Source: Balanoglossus misakiensis (taxonomy: Eukaryota; Animalia; Hemichordata). Taken from it: DNA of 64,000 nucleotides. Below, piece by piece: positions 36,727-51,500 of the stretch. The stretch's first letter is position 1. Each line of letters opens with the position of its first letter. The stretch lies in NCBI GenBank assembly GCA_040954595.2, contig CM082590.2, forward strand, positions 5,208,001-5,272,000, given 5' to 3'. The notes below the pieces were generated by a model. The model saw nothing but the letters and a program-made list of their open reading frames with translations, did no database searches and was not told the DNA's origin. A program made the position numbers and the translations under genes.

Positions 36727-39700
36727 TATTCTTGGTTCATTTCTTTCGCGCGCTAGATCTCAGACACCGCTGCAGGTACAGTTCTCAAACTTGCTACAGT
36801 GGTCAAGGTCAATGAGTAGATGTGCAGTGACTTGTGAATACTTAATTAGTCACGTGACATGGCGGCCATATTGGATTTTCTGAAAAAATGCAAATCTCAG
36901 ATCTCAGAAACTACAAGTCAGATCGACTTCAGATTTGGTGTGCTGGTAGTATACCCTCTGCCCATCATTTTTGTAATTGGATATTTTGCTGTCAATGTTG
37001 CAGTTTTTTTGCTACAGTTGTTTTTCTGAAATCTGGTCAAAATTTCAAAAATCTTCTTCTCCAGAACCGGCAATAACCGAGTCACGCCGTTTGGGGTATG
37101 TGGTCACCTAACTGATGTCTATCAAGTTTGCGAAGATCATTGTGATTGGTCGAAGATTATGGCGGCCATATTGGATTTTCGAAAAACCATAGTAAAACTT
37201 CAAAAATCTTCTTCTCCAGAACGGGCGATGACTGAGTCACAAGATTTGGTGTGTGTGGTCATTAAACAGATGTCTATCAAGTTTGCGAAGGGGAATGTGA
37301 TTGGTCGAAGATTATTGCGGCCATATTGGATTTTGTGAAAAACGATTAAAAAGTAAAAATTCCTTTTCTAGCCTAAACATTGATAGCACAGAAATTCTTT
37401 TTATGGATATGAATCATCATATGACAAGAATAAGCTATAAATATTTTGGTAATTTTGGCAATGACCTTTGACCTACTTTTGACAAATCATTTTTCTGCAT
37501 ATCTAATTCATGGCTAACCAATGGGGCTATAAGTTTGGTTTTTGATGTATGTGGATTTGTATGTGATCAAAAAATTTTGCTACTTTTCATGACCCTTTGA
37601 CCTCTGGTGACCTCATTAAATATGCGCATACCTAATTAATGATGAACCAATAGACCTAGAGGTTTTGTTTTTGTTATACATGGACCAGTATGGGGTCAAA
37701 ATATTTTGCCCAAATGTTGGGTGACCTCGGGTGACCTTTGACCTACTTTTGCATATCTTGACATCCACACCAGATACAGCCTTGGCGTTTGGAGGTATGG
37801 GGCCATAATGAAAAGCCAAAGTTTTGAGTCACCTGTGACACCTGCTTTACTCATTATTTATGTGCATACCTAATTCCGGGCTAACCAAAAGGGCTAGATG
37901 TCTGGTTTTTGTTTGACATGGACCACTATGGGTCAAAATTTTCTGCCCAAATTTTGGATGACCTCAGATGACCTTTGACCTACTTTTGCATATATCGGCA
38001 TCCAAAGCAGGTACAGCCTTGGCATTTGGAGGTATGGGGCCATAATGAAAAGCCAAAGTTTTGGGTCACCTGTGACACCTGCTTTATGCATTATTTATGT
38101 GCATACCTAATTCCGGGCTAACCAAAAGGGCTAGAGGTCTGGTTTTTGTTGGACATGGACCACTGTTGGTCAAAATTGTCTGCCCAAATTGTGGGTGACC
38201 TCTGGGTGACCTTTGACCTACTTAACACTATATCAACAACAAACATAGATATAACCTTGATATTTCATGGGGATAAAACACAGCATTATGTTTCAACTCA
38301 TTAATTATGTGCATATCTAATAATCAGATCAGATAATAGAGCTTGGGCCCGGACAATGCTGCTTGCAGCTTTAATTCTTTCTTTCTTTCTTTCTTTATTC
38401 TTGGTTCATTTCTTTCGCGCGCTAGATCTCAGAAACCGCTGCAGGTACAGTTCTCAAATTTGCTACAGTGGTCAAGGTCAATGAGTAGATGTGCAGTGAC
38501 TTGTGAATACTTAATTAGTCACGTGACATGGCGGCCATATTGGATTTTCTGAAAAAATGCAAATCTCAGATCTCAGAAACTACAAGTCAGATCGACTTCA
38601 GATTTGGTGTGCTGGTAGTATACCCTCTGCCCATCATTTTTGTAATTGGATATTTTGCTGTCAATGTTGCAGTTTTTTTGCTACAGTTGTTTTTCTGAAA
38701 TCTGGTCAAAATTTCAAAAATCTTCTTCTCCAGAACCGGCGATAACCGAGTCACACCGTTTGGGGTATGTGGTCACCTAACTGATGTCTATCAAGTTTGC
38801 GAAGATCATTGTGATTGGTCGAAGATTATGGCGGCCATATTGGATTTTCGAAAAACCATAGTAAAACTTCAAAAATCTTCTTCTCCAGAACGGGCGATGA
38901 CTGAGTCACAAGATTTAGTGTGTGTGGTCATTAAACAGATGTCTATCAAGTTTGCGAAGGGGAATGTGATTGGTCGAAGATTATGGCGGCCATATTGGAT
39001 TTTGTGAAAAACGATTAAAAAGTAAAAATTCCTTTTCTAGCCTAAACATTGATAGCACAGAAATTCTTTTTATGGATATGAATCATCATATGACAAGAAT
39101 AAGCTATAAATATTTTGGTAATTTTGGCAATGACCTTTGACCTACTTTTGACGAATCATTTTTCTGCATATCTAATTCCTGGCTAACCAATGGGGCTATA
39201 AGTTTGGTTTTTGATGTATGTGGATTTGTATGTGATCAAAAAATTTTGCTACTTTTCATGACCCCTTTGACCTCTGGTGACCTCATTAAATATGCGCATA
39301 CCTAATTAATGATGAACCAATAGACCTAGAGGTTTTGTTTTTGTTATACATGGACCAGTATGGGGTCAAAATATTTTGCCCAAATGTTGGGTGACCTCGG
39401 GTGACCTTTGACCTACTTTTGCATATCTTGACATCCACACCAGATACAGCCTTGGCGTTTGGAGGTATGGGGCCATAATGAAAAGCCAAAGTTTTGGGTC
39501 ACCTGTGACACCTGCTTTACGCATTATTTATGTGCATACCTAATTCCGGGCTAACCAAAAGGGCTAGAGGTCTGGTTTTTGTTGGACATGGACCACTGTT
39601 GGTCAAAATTTTCTGCCCAAATTGTGGGTGACCTCTGGATGACCTTTGACCTACTTAACACTATATCAACAACAAACATAGATATAACCTTGATATTTCA

Positions 39701-39809
39701 TGGGGATAAAACACAGCATTATGTTTCAACTCATTAATTATGTGCATATCTAATAATCAGATCAGATAATAGAGCTTGGGCCCGGACAATGCTGCTTGCA
39801 GCTTTAATT
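31545..39809 (+). repeat. Family A bodies (five, 1.4-1.85 kb)
   Basis: Tails end at ~32996, 34844, 36525, 38376 and 39809; internal ~125-bp and ~238-bp subrepeats. Confidence 0.9.
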
Positions 39810-39862
39810 AGGGCCCAAGCGCATACCAGCGCTTGGGCCCTATTGGTTTCGTTGGGGTTTTT

Positions 39863-42800
39863 AGGGCCCAAGCCCAGCAGGCTTGGGCCCTATTGTTTTT
39901 ACTGGAGTTTTTCTTTTTAGGGCCCAAGCCCAGCAGGCTTGGGCCCTATTGGTATTACTGGCTTTTTTTAGGGCCCAAGCCCAGCAGGCTTGGGCCCTAT
40001 TGGTATTACTGGGGTTTTTTAGGGCCCAAGCCCAGCAGGCTTGGGCCCTATTGGTATTACTGGCTTTTTTCTTCTACTTCTTCTTCTTTTTCTTCTTCTT
40101 CTTCTGTCGTTTTTTTGGTCAGCTAGATCTTGAAAACGGCTAAACCTACCAATTTCAAACTTGGCACAATGGTGCAGGCCAATGAGAGCTAGTGCAGTAC
40201 CCTTGTGAATGTTTAATTAGTCACGTGACCTGATGACCATATATGGGCAAAATTTTCAAATCCGCCTTATTTGCATATGAATGGAGATATCACAATTCTT
40301 TTAGCAACTTTTGCGGACCATGTGGTCAGTGTCCTACATGCCAAATGTCAAGGCCATTGGCCATTCCAATTTTGAGAAGAAGATTTTTAAGTATTATTTT
40401 CCATATTTTTTGACCAAGCCATGGGCCTATACTTTCCATAGTAAAGCTATGACCACATATTATTTTGGATAAATATGCATACATATCTCAAAATCTGTTT
40501 GGCCAATCATCTCCAACTTTGGTGTGCAGCTAGCCTAGCATTTGTCAATAATTTTAAGCGAAAAAAAATAATATGAAAAATCGACCGATTTTTTTATATT
40601 AATTTTTTTATTAAATTTATACCTTTAATTATACCTCTATGATTAAGCTATGTCCATGTCTTATTGTGGAATTCTGGTCTGTGCAATAGTCCTGTACAGT
40701 GACTGTCTTGTGGTCAGTGAGCACAATGGCATCAAACTAAAAGGCAAAATTTTGGGCTCACCTGTAACACCTGCTTAACTCATTAATTATGTGCATACCT
40801 AATTCTGGGCTAACTAAGAGGGCTAGAGGTTTCGTTCTTGTGGGACATGGACCAGTATAGGGTCAAAATTTCTTGCCCAAATTTTGGGTGACCTCAGGTG
40901 ACCTTTGACCTACTTTCCTATATCTCGGCATCCAGAGCAGGTACAGACTTGGTGTTTGGAGGGTTGGGACTAAAATTGAAAAGCCGAAATGGGGGTCACC
41001 TGTGACACCTGCATATCTTATTAATTATGTGCATACCTAATTCCAGGCTAACCAATAGGGCTATAGGTTTGGTTTTTGTTGAACATGGACCAGTATAGGG
41101 TCAAAATTTCTTGCCCAAATTTTGCATGACCTCAGGTGACCTTTGACCTACTTTACCATATCTTGGCACCCAGGGCAGGTACAGACTTGGCGTTTGGAGG
41201 GTTGGGACTAAAATTGAAAAGCCAAAATTGGGGGTCACCTGTGACACCTGCATATCTCATTAATTATGTGCATACCTAATTCCAGGCTAACCAATAGGGC
41301 TATAGGTTTGGTTTTTGTTGAACATGGACTAGTATAGGATCAAAATTTCTTGCCCAAATTTTTGCATGACCTCAGGTGACCTTTGACCTATTTTTCCATA
41401 TCTTGGCATCCAGAGCAAATATGCTTATTGCTATGTTGCTATGTGCTATGTTGGCTTGGGCCCGCTATTGCTGCTTGCAGCTATATTCTTCTACTTCTTC
41501 TTCTTTTTCTTCTTCTGTCATTTTCTTTGGCGAGGTAGATCTGGAAAACTGCTAAACCTACCAATTTCAAACTTGGCACAATGGTGCAGGCCAATGAGAG
41601 CTAGTGCAGTACCCTTGTGAATGTTTAATTAGTCACGTGAACTGATGACCATATATGGGCAAAATTTTCAAATCCGCCTTATTTGCATATGAATGGAGAT
41701 ATCACAATTCTTTTAGCAACTTTTGCGGACCATGTGGTCAGTGTCCTACATGCCAAATGTCAAGGCCATTGGCCATGCCAATTTTGAGAAGAAGATTTTT
41801 AAGTATTATTTTCCATATTTTTTGACCAAGCCATGGGCCTATACTTTACATAGTAAAGCTATGACCACATATTATTTTGGATAAATATACATACATATCT
41901 CAAAATCTGTTAGGCCGATCATCTCCAACTTTGGTGTGCAGCAAGCCTAGCATTTGTCAATAATTTTAAGCAGAAAAAAATAATATGAAAAATCGACAGA
42001 TTTTTTTATATTAATTTGTTTATTAAATTTATACCTTTGCTTATACCTCTATGGTTAAGCTATGTCCATGTCTTATTGTGGAATTCTGGTCAGTGCGATA
42101 GTCCTGTACAGTGAGTGTCTATTGGTCAGTGAGCACAATGGCACCAAAATAAAAGGCAAAATTTTAGGCTCACCTGTAACACCTGCTTAACTCATTAATT
42201 ATGTGCATACCTAATTCTGGGCTAACTAAGAGGGCTAGAGGTTTTGTTTTTGTGGGACATGGCCCAGTATAGGGTCAAAAATTTTTGCCCACATTTTGGG
42301 TGACCTCAGGTGACCTTTGACCTACTTTCCTATATCTCGGCATCCAGAGCAGGTACAGACTTGGCGTTTGGAGGGTTGGGACTAAAACTGAAAAGCCAAA
42401 ATGGGGGTCACCTGTGACACCTGCATATCTCATTAATTATGTGCATACCTAATTCCTGGCTAACCAATAGGGCTATAGGTTTGCTTTTTGTTGAACATGG
42501 ACCAGTATAGGGTCAAAATTTCTTGCCCAAATTTTGTATGACCTCAGGTGACCTTTGACCTACTTTACCATATCTTGGCATCCAGAGCAGGTACAGACTT
42601 GGCGTTTGGAGGGTTGGGACTAAAATTGAAAAGCCAAAATGGGGGTCACCTGTGACACCTGCATATCTCATTAATTATGTGCATACCTAATTCCAGGCTA
42701 ACCAATAGGGCTATAGGTTTGGTTTTTGTTGAACATGGACCAGTATAGAGTCAAAATTTCTTGCCACAATTTTGTATGACCTCAGGTGACCTTTGACCTA

Positions 42801-45800
42801 CTTTACCATATCTTGGCATCCAGAGCAGGTACAGACTTGGCGTTTGGAGGGTTGGGACTAAAATTGAAAAGGCAAAATTGGGGGTCACCTGTGATACCTG
42901 CCTACCTCATTGATTATGTGCATACCTAATTCCAGGCTAAATAATAGGGCTATAGGTTTGGTTTTTGTTGAACATGTACCAGTATAGGGTCAAAATTTCT
43001 TGCCCAAATTTTGCATGAACTCAGGTGACCTTTGACCTACTTTACCATATCGTGGCATCCTGAGCAGATATGCTTATTGCTATGTTGCTATGTGCTATGT
43101 TCGCTTGGGCCCGCTATTGCTGCTTGCAGCTATATTCTTCTACTTCTTCTTCTTTTTCTTCTTCTGTCATTTTCTTTGGCGAGGTAGATCTGGAAAACTG
43201 GTAAACCTACCAATTTCAAACTTGGCACAATGGTGCAGGCCAATGAGAGCTAGTGCAGTACCCTTGTGAATGTTAAATTAGTCACGTGACCTGATGACCA
43301 TATATGGGCAAAATTTCCAAATCGGCCTTATTTGCATATGAATGGAGATATCAAAATTCTTTTAGCAACTTTTGCGGACCATGTGGTCAGTGTCCTACAT
43401 GCCAAATGTCAAGGCCATTGGCCATTCCAATTTTGAGAAGAAGATTTTTAAGTATTATTTTTCATATTTTTTTACCAAGCCATGGGCCTATACTTTCCAT
43501 AGTAAAGCCATGACCACATATTATTTTGGATAAATATGCATACATATCTCAAAATCTGTTAGGCCAATCTTCTTCAACTTTGGTATGCAGCTAGCCTAGC
43601 ATTTGTCAATAATTTTAAGCGAAAAAAAATAGTATGAAAAATCGACCGATTTTTTTATATTAATTTTTTTATTAAATAATACCTTTACTTATACATCTAT
43701 GGTTAAGCTATGTCCATGTCTTATTGTGGAATTCTGGTCTGTGCAATAGTCCTGTACAGTGACTGTCTATTGGTCGGTGAGCACTATGGCACCACAATAA
43801 AAGGCACAATTTTAGGCTCACCTGTAACACCTGCTTAACTCATTAATTATGTGCATACCTAATTCTGGGCTAACTAAGAGGGCTAGAGGTTTCGTTCTTG
43901 TGGGACATGGACCAGTATAGGGTCAAAATTTCTTGCCCAAATTTTGGGTGACCTCAGGTGACCTTTGACCTACTTTCCTATATCTTGGCATCCAGAGCAG
44001 GTACAGACTTGGCGTTTGGAGGGTTGGCACTAAAATTGAAAAGCCAAAATTGGGGGTCACCTGTGACACCTGCATATCTCATTAATTATGTGCATACCTA
44101 ATTCCAGGCTAACCAATAGGGCTATAGGTTTGGTTTTTGTTGAACATGGACCAGTATAGGGTCAAAATTTCTTGCCCAAATTTTGTATGACCTCAGGTGA
44201 CCTTTGACCTACTTTACCATAGCTTGGCATCCAGAGCAGGTACAGACTTGGCGTTTGGAGGGTTGGGACTAAAATTGAAAAGACAAAATTGGGGGTCACC
44301 TGTGACACCTGCATATCTCATTAATTATGTGCATACCTAATTCCAGGCTAACCAATAGGGCTATAGGTTTGGTTTTTGTTGAACATGGACCAGTATAGGG
44401 TCAAAATTTCTTGCCCAAATTTTGGGTGACCTCAGGTGACCTTTGACCTACTTTCCTATATCTTGGCATCCAGAGCAGGTACAGACTTGGCGTTTGGAGG
44501 GTTGGCACTAAAATTGAAAAGCCAAAATTGGGGGTCACCTGTGACACCTGCATATCTCATTAATTATGTGCATACCTAATTCCAGGCTAACCAATAGGGC
44601 TATAGGTTTGGTTTTTGTTGAACATGGACCAGTATAGGGTCAAAATTTCTTGCCCAAATTTTGGGTGACCTCAGGTGACCTTTGACCTACTTTCCTATAT
44701 CTTGGCATCCAGAGCAGGTACAGACTTGGCGTTTGGAGGGTTGGCACTAAAATTGAAAAGCCAAAATTGGGGGTCACCTGTGACACCTGCATATCTCATT
44801 AATTATGTGCATACCTAATTCCAGGCTAACCAATAGGGCTATAGGTTTGGTTTTTGTTGAATAGGGTCAAAATTTCTTGCCCAAATGTTGGATGACCTCA
44901 GGTGACCTTTGACCTACTTTACCAGATCTTGGCATCCAGAGCAGGTACAGACTTGGCATTTGGAGGGTTGGGACTAAAATTGAAAAGCCAAAATTGGGGG
45001 TCACCTGTCACACCTGCCTACCTCATTAATCATGTGCATACCTAATTACAGGCTAACCAATAGGGCTATAGGTTTGGTTTTTGTTGAACATGGACCAGTA
45101 TAGGGTCAAAATTTCTTGCCCAAATTTTGCATGACCTCAGGTGACCTTTGACCTACTTTACCATATCTTGGCATCCAGAGCAGATATGCTTATTGCTATG
45201 TTGCTATGTGCTATGTGCTATGTTGGCTTGGGCCCGCTATTGCTGCTTGCAGCTATATTCTTCTACTTCTTCTTCTTTTTCTTCTTCTTCTGTCGTTTTC
45301 TTTGGCGAGGTAGATCTGGAAAACTGCTAAACCTACCAATTTCAAACTTGGCACAATGGTGCAGGCCAATGAGAGCTAGTGCAGTACCCTTGTGAATGTT
45401 AAATTAGTCACGTGACCTGATGACCATATATGGGCAAAATTTCCAAATCGGCCTTATTTGCATATGAATGGAGATATCAAAATTCTTTTAGCAACTTTTG
45501 CGGACCATGTGGTCAGTGTCCTACATGCCAAATGTCAAGGCCATTGGCCATTCCAATTTTGAGAAGAAGATTTTTAAGTATTATTTTTCATATTTTTTAC
45601 CAAGCCATGGGCCTATACTTTCCATAGTAAAGCCATGACCACATATTATTTTGGATAAATATGCATACATATCTCAAAATCTGTTAGGCCGATCATCTCC
45701 AACTTTGGTGTGCAGCTAGCCTAGCATTTGTCAATAATTTTAAGCGAAAAAAAATAATATGAAAAATCGACCGATTTTTTTATATTAATTTTTTTATTAA

Positions 45801-48554
45801 ATAATACCTTTACTTATACCTCTATGGTTAAGCTATGTCCATGTCTTATTGTGGAATTCTGGTCTGTGCAATAGTCCTGTACAGTGACTGTCTATTGGTC
45901 GGTGAGCACAATGACACCAAAATAAAAGGCACAATTTTAGGCTCACCTGTAACACCGGCTTAACTCATTAATTATGTGCATACCTAATTCTGGGCTAACT
46001 AAGAGGGCTAGAGGTTTCGTTCTTGTGGGACATGGACCAGTATAGGGTCAAAATTTCTTGCCCAAATTTTGGGTTACCTCAGGTGACCTTTGACCTACTT
46101 TCCTATATCTTGGCATCCAGAGCAGGTACAGACTTGGCGTATGGAGGGTTGGGACTAAAATTGAAAAGCCAAAATGTGGGTCACCTGTGACACCTGCATA
46201 TCTCATTAATTATGTGCATACCTAATTCCAGGCTAACCAATAGGGCTATAGGTTTGGTTTTTGTTGAACATGGACCAGTATAGGGTCAAAATTTCTTGCC
46301 CAAATTTTGTATGACCTCAGGTGACCTTTGACCTACTTTACCATATCTTGGCATCCAGAGTAGGTACAGAATTGGCGTTTGGAGGGTTGGGACTAAAATT
46401 GAAAAGGCAACACTGGGGGTTACCTGTGACACCTGCCTACCTCATTAATTATGTGCATACCTAATTCCAGGGTAACCGATAGGGTTATAGGTTTGTTTTT
46501 TGTTGAACATGGACCAGTATAGGGTCAAAATTTCTTGCCCAAATTTTGCATGACCTCAGGTGACCTTTGACCTACTTAACCATATCTTGGCATCCAGAGT
46601 AGGTACAGAATTGGCGTTTGGAGGGTTGGGACTAAAATTGAAAAGGCAACACTGGGGGTCACCTGTGACACCTGCCTACCTCATTAATTATGTACATACC
46701 TAATTTCAGGCTAACCAATAGGGCTATAGGTTTGGTTTTTGTTGAACATGGACCAGTATAGGGTCAAAATTTCTTGCCCAAATTTTGCATGACCTCAGGT
46801 GACCTTTGACCTACTTAACCATATCTTGGCATCCAGAGCAGATATGCTTATTGCTATGTTGCTATGTGCTATGTTGGCTTGGGCCCGCTATTGCTGCTTG
46901 CAGCTATATTTCTTCTTCTTCTTCTTCTTCTTCTGTCGTTTTTTTGGTGAGCTACATCTGGAAAACTGCTAAACCTACCAATTTCAAACTTGGCACAATG
47001 GTGCAGGTCAATGAGAGCTAGTGCAGTACCCTTGTGAATGTTTAATTAGTCACATGACCTGATGACCATATATGGGCAAAATTTTCAAATCGGCCTTATT
47101 TGCATATGAATGGAGATATCAAAATTCTTTTAGCAACTTTTGCGGACCATGTGGTCAGTGTCCTACATGCCAAATGTCAAGGCCATTGGCCATGCCAATT
47201 TTGAGAAGAAGATTTGTAAGTATTATTTTTCATATTTTTTCACCCAGCCCTGGGCCTATACTTTCCATAGTAAAGCCATGACCACATATTAGTTTGGATA
47301 AATATGCATACATATCTCAAAATCTGTTAGGCCGATCATCTCCAACTTTGGTGTGCAGCTAGCCTAGCATTTGTCAATAATTTTAAGCGAAAAAAAATGG
47401 TATGAAAAATCGACCGATTTTTTTATATTAATTTTTTTATTAAATAATACCTTTACTTATACCTCTATGGTTAAGCTATGTCCATGTCTTATTGTGGAAT
47501 TCTGGTCTGTGCAATAGTCCTGTACAGTGACTGTCTATTGGTCGGTGAGCACAATGGCACCAAAATAAAAGGCACAATTTTAGGCTCACCTGTAACACCT
47601 GCTTAACTCATTAATTATGTGCATACCTAATTTTGGGCTAACTAAGAGGGCTAGAGGTTTCGTTCTTGTGGGACATGGACCAGTATAGGGTCAAAATTTC
47701 TTGCCCAAATTTTGGGTGACCTCAGGTGACCTCTGACCTACTTTCCTATATCTCGGCATCCAGAGCAGGTACAGACTTGGCGTTTGGAGGGTTAGGACTA
47801 AAATTGAAAAGCCAAAATTTGGGGTCACCTGTGACACCTGCATACCTCATTAATTATGTGCATACCTAATTCCAGGCTAACCAATAGGGCTATAGGTTAG
47901 GTTTTTGTTGAACATGGACCAGTATAGGGTCAAAATTTCTTGCCCAAATTTTGCATGACCTCAGGTGACCTTTGACCTACTTTACCATATCTTGGCACCC
48001 AGGGCAGGTACAGACTTGGCGTTTGGAGGGTTGGGACTAAAATTGAAAAGCCAAATTGGGGGTCACCTGTGACACCTGCATATCTTATTAATTATGTGCA
48101 TACCTAATTCCAGGCTAACCAATAGGGCTATAGGTTTGGTTTTTGTTGAACATGGACCAGTATAGGGTCAAAATTTCTTGCCCAAATTTTGCATGACCTC
48201 AGGTGACCTTTGACCTACTTTACCATATCTTGGCACCCAGGGCAGGTACAGACTTGGAGTTTGGAGGGTTGGAACTAAAATTGAAAAGCCAAAATTGGGG
48301 GTCACCTGTGACACCTGCATATCTCATTAATTATGTGCATACCTAATTCCAGGCTAACCAATAGGGCTATAGGTTTGGTTTTTGTTGAACATGGACTAGT
48401 ATAGGATCAAAATTTCTTGCCCAAATTTTTGCATGACCTCAGGTGACCTTTGACCTAATTTTCCATATCTTGGCATCCAGAGCAAATATGCTTATTGCTA
48501 TGTTGCTATGTGCTATGTTGGCTTGGGCCCGCTATTGCTGCTTGCAGCTATATT
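39863..48554 (+). repeat. Family B block: four heads (loop ccagcag) and five bodies
   Basis: Heads at 39863, 39919, 39970 and 40021; tails gcttgggcccgctattgctgcttgcagctatatt end at ~41487, 43136, 45259, 46910 and 48554. Confidence 0.9.
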
Positions 48555-51500
48555 TCTGTCTTTCTTTCTTCTTTCTTTATTCTTCTGTCATTTCTTTGTC
48601 GCTCTAGATCTCAGACACCACTGCAGGTACAGTTCTCAAACTTGCTACAGTGGTCAAGGTCAATGAGTAGTCGTGCATTGAACCCATGAATTTTTAATTA
48701 GTCACATGACCTGGCGGCCATCTTGGATTTTCTGAAAAAATGCAAATCTCAGATCTCAGAAACTACAAGTCAGATCAACTTCAAATTTGGCGTGCAGGTA
48801 GACTACCTTCTGTCAAACATTTTTGTAATTGGAAATTATGCTGTCAATGTTGCAGTTTTTTTGCTACAATTTTTTTTCTGAAATCTGGCTTAAATTTCAA
48901 AAATCTTCTTCTCCAGAACCGGTCATAACCGAGACACGGGGTTTGGGGTATGTGGTCACCTAACTGATGTCTATCAAGTTTGCGAAGATCATTGTGATTG
49001 GTCGAAGATTATGGCGGCCATATTGGATTTTCGAAAAACCCTAGTAAAATTTAAAAAATCTTCTTTTCGAGAAACGGCGATAACCGAGTCACAAGATTTT
49101 GTGTGTGTGGTCATTCAACAGATGTCTATCAAGTTTGCGAAGAGGAATGTGATTGGTCAAAGATTATGGCGGCCATATTGGATTTTGTGAAAAACGATTA
49201 AAAAGTAAAAATTCCCTTTCTAGCCTAAAAATTGATAGCACAGAAATTCTTTTCATAGATATGAATCATCATATGCCAAGAATAAGCTATAAATATTTTG
49301 GTAATTTTGGCACTGACCTTTGACCTACTTTTGACGCATCATTTTTCTGCATATCTCATTCCAGGCTAACCTTTAAGGCTATCATTTTGGTTTTTGATGT
49401 ATGTGGATTTGTATGTGATCAAAACATTTTGCTACTTTTCATGACCCCTTTGACCTCTGCTGACCTCATTAAATATGCACATACCTAATTACAGATGAAC
49501 CAATAGACCTAGAGGTTTTGTTTTTGTTATACATGGACCAGTATGGGGTCAAAATATTTTGCCCAAATGTTGGGTGACCTCGGGTGACCTTTGACCTACT
49601 TAACACTATATCAGCATCAGATCAGATAATAGAGCTTGGGCCCGGACAATGCTGCTTGCAGCTTTAATCTTTCTTTATTCTTATGTCAATCTTTGCTCTC
49701 CTAGATCTCTGAAACGGCTACAGGTACACTTCTCAAACTTGCTACAGTGGTCAAGGTCAATGAGTAGATGTGCAGTGGCTTGTGAATATTTAATTAGTCA
49801 CGTGACCTGGCGGCCATATTGGATTTTCTGAAAATATTTAAATGGCTTCTCCTCAAAAACCACAGGGCCAATCAAGTTCAAATTTGGTGTATGGTACACA
49901 TGTCCTCTGCCCTTCAAAGTTTGACAATAAAATCCTGAGCGGTCACATGACTTTGGCCGCCATATTGGATTTTCCAAAAAGTACAGTAAAATCTTCAAAA
50001 ATCTTCTTCTCCAGAACCGGCAATAACCGAGTCATGGGATTTAGGGTATGACATCACCTAACTGATGTCTATCAAGTTTGCGAAGAGCGTTGTGATTGGT
50101 CGAAGATTATGGCGGCCATATTGGATTTTGTAAAAACCAGTGAAAATTAAGAAATCATTTTTCTAGTCTAAAAATAGATAGCATACAAATTCTTTTTGTG
50201 GATATGAGTCGTCATATGACTAGAATATGTTGCAAATTTTTTGGCAATTTTCACATGACCTTTGACCTACTTTTTTAAGAACATGCATATATGCATATAT
50301 AGCTCATACTACATGTTCTAAATGTACCAGAGTTCTGATTTTTGTGCACATTGGTATCACCCCTGCCAGGACCTACCCCAAATATTTTGGTAATTTTGGC
50401 AATGACCTTTGACCTACTTTTGACACATCGTTTTTTCTGCATATCTAATTCCAGGCTAACCTATAGGGCTATCATTTTGGTTTTTGATGTATGTGGATTT
50501 GTATGGGATCAAAAAATTTCGCTACTTTTCATGACCCCTTTGACCTCTGCTGACCTCATTAAATATGTGCATACCTAATTACAGATGAACCAATAGACCT
50601 AGAGGTTTGGTTTCTGTTGGACATGGACCAGTATTGGGTCAAAAATTTTTGCCCAAATGTTGGGTGACCTCGGGTGACCTTTGACCTACTTTTACATATC
50701 TCGACATCCACAGCAGATACAGCCTTGGCGTTTGGAGGTATGGGGCCATAATGAAAAGTCAAAGTTTTGGGTCACCTGTGACACCTGCTTAACTCATTAT
50801 TTATGTGCATACCTAATTCCGGGCTAACCAAAGGGCTAGAGGTCTGGTTTTTGTTGGACATGGACCACTATGGGTCAAAATTTTCTGCCCAAATTTTGGG
50901 TGACCTCAGATGACCTTTGACCTACTTAACACTATATCAGCACCAAACATAGATATAACCTTGATATTTCATGGGATAAAACACAGCATTATGTTTCTAC
51001 TCATTAATTATGTGCATATCTAATAATCTGATCAGATAATAGAGCTTGGGCCCGGACAATGCTGCTTGCAGCTTTAATTGGGGGCACAAGCGCCCTCAGG
51101 CGGCTTGTGCCCCCATTGGTATTGTTGGAATTTTTCTTTATTAGGGCCCAAGCGCTTGCTTGCGCTTGGGCCCTATTGGTTTCGTTGGGGTTTTTAGGGC
51201 CCAAGCGCAAGCAAGCGCTTGGGCCCTATTGGTTTCGTTGGAATTTTTTACGGGCCCAAGCCAAGCCAGGCTTGGGCCCGTATTGGTTTCGTTGGAATTT
51301 TTCTTTCTTAGGGCCCAAGCGCAAGCCAGCGCTTGGGCCCTATTGGTTTCGTTGGGGTTTTTCTTTCTTCTTTCTTTATTCTTGTGTCAATTCTTTGTCG
51401 CTCTAGATCTCAGACACCACTGCAGGTACAGTTCTCAAACTTGCTACAGTGGTCAAGGTCAATGAGTAGTCGTGCATTGAACCCATGAATTTTTAATTAG

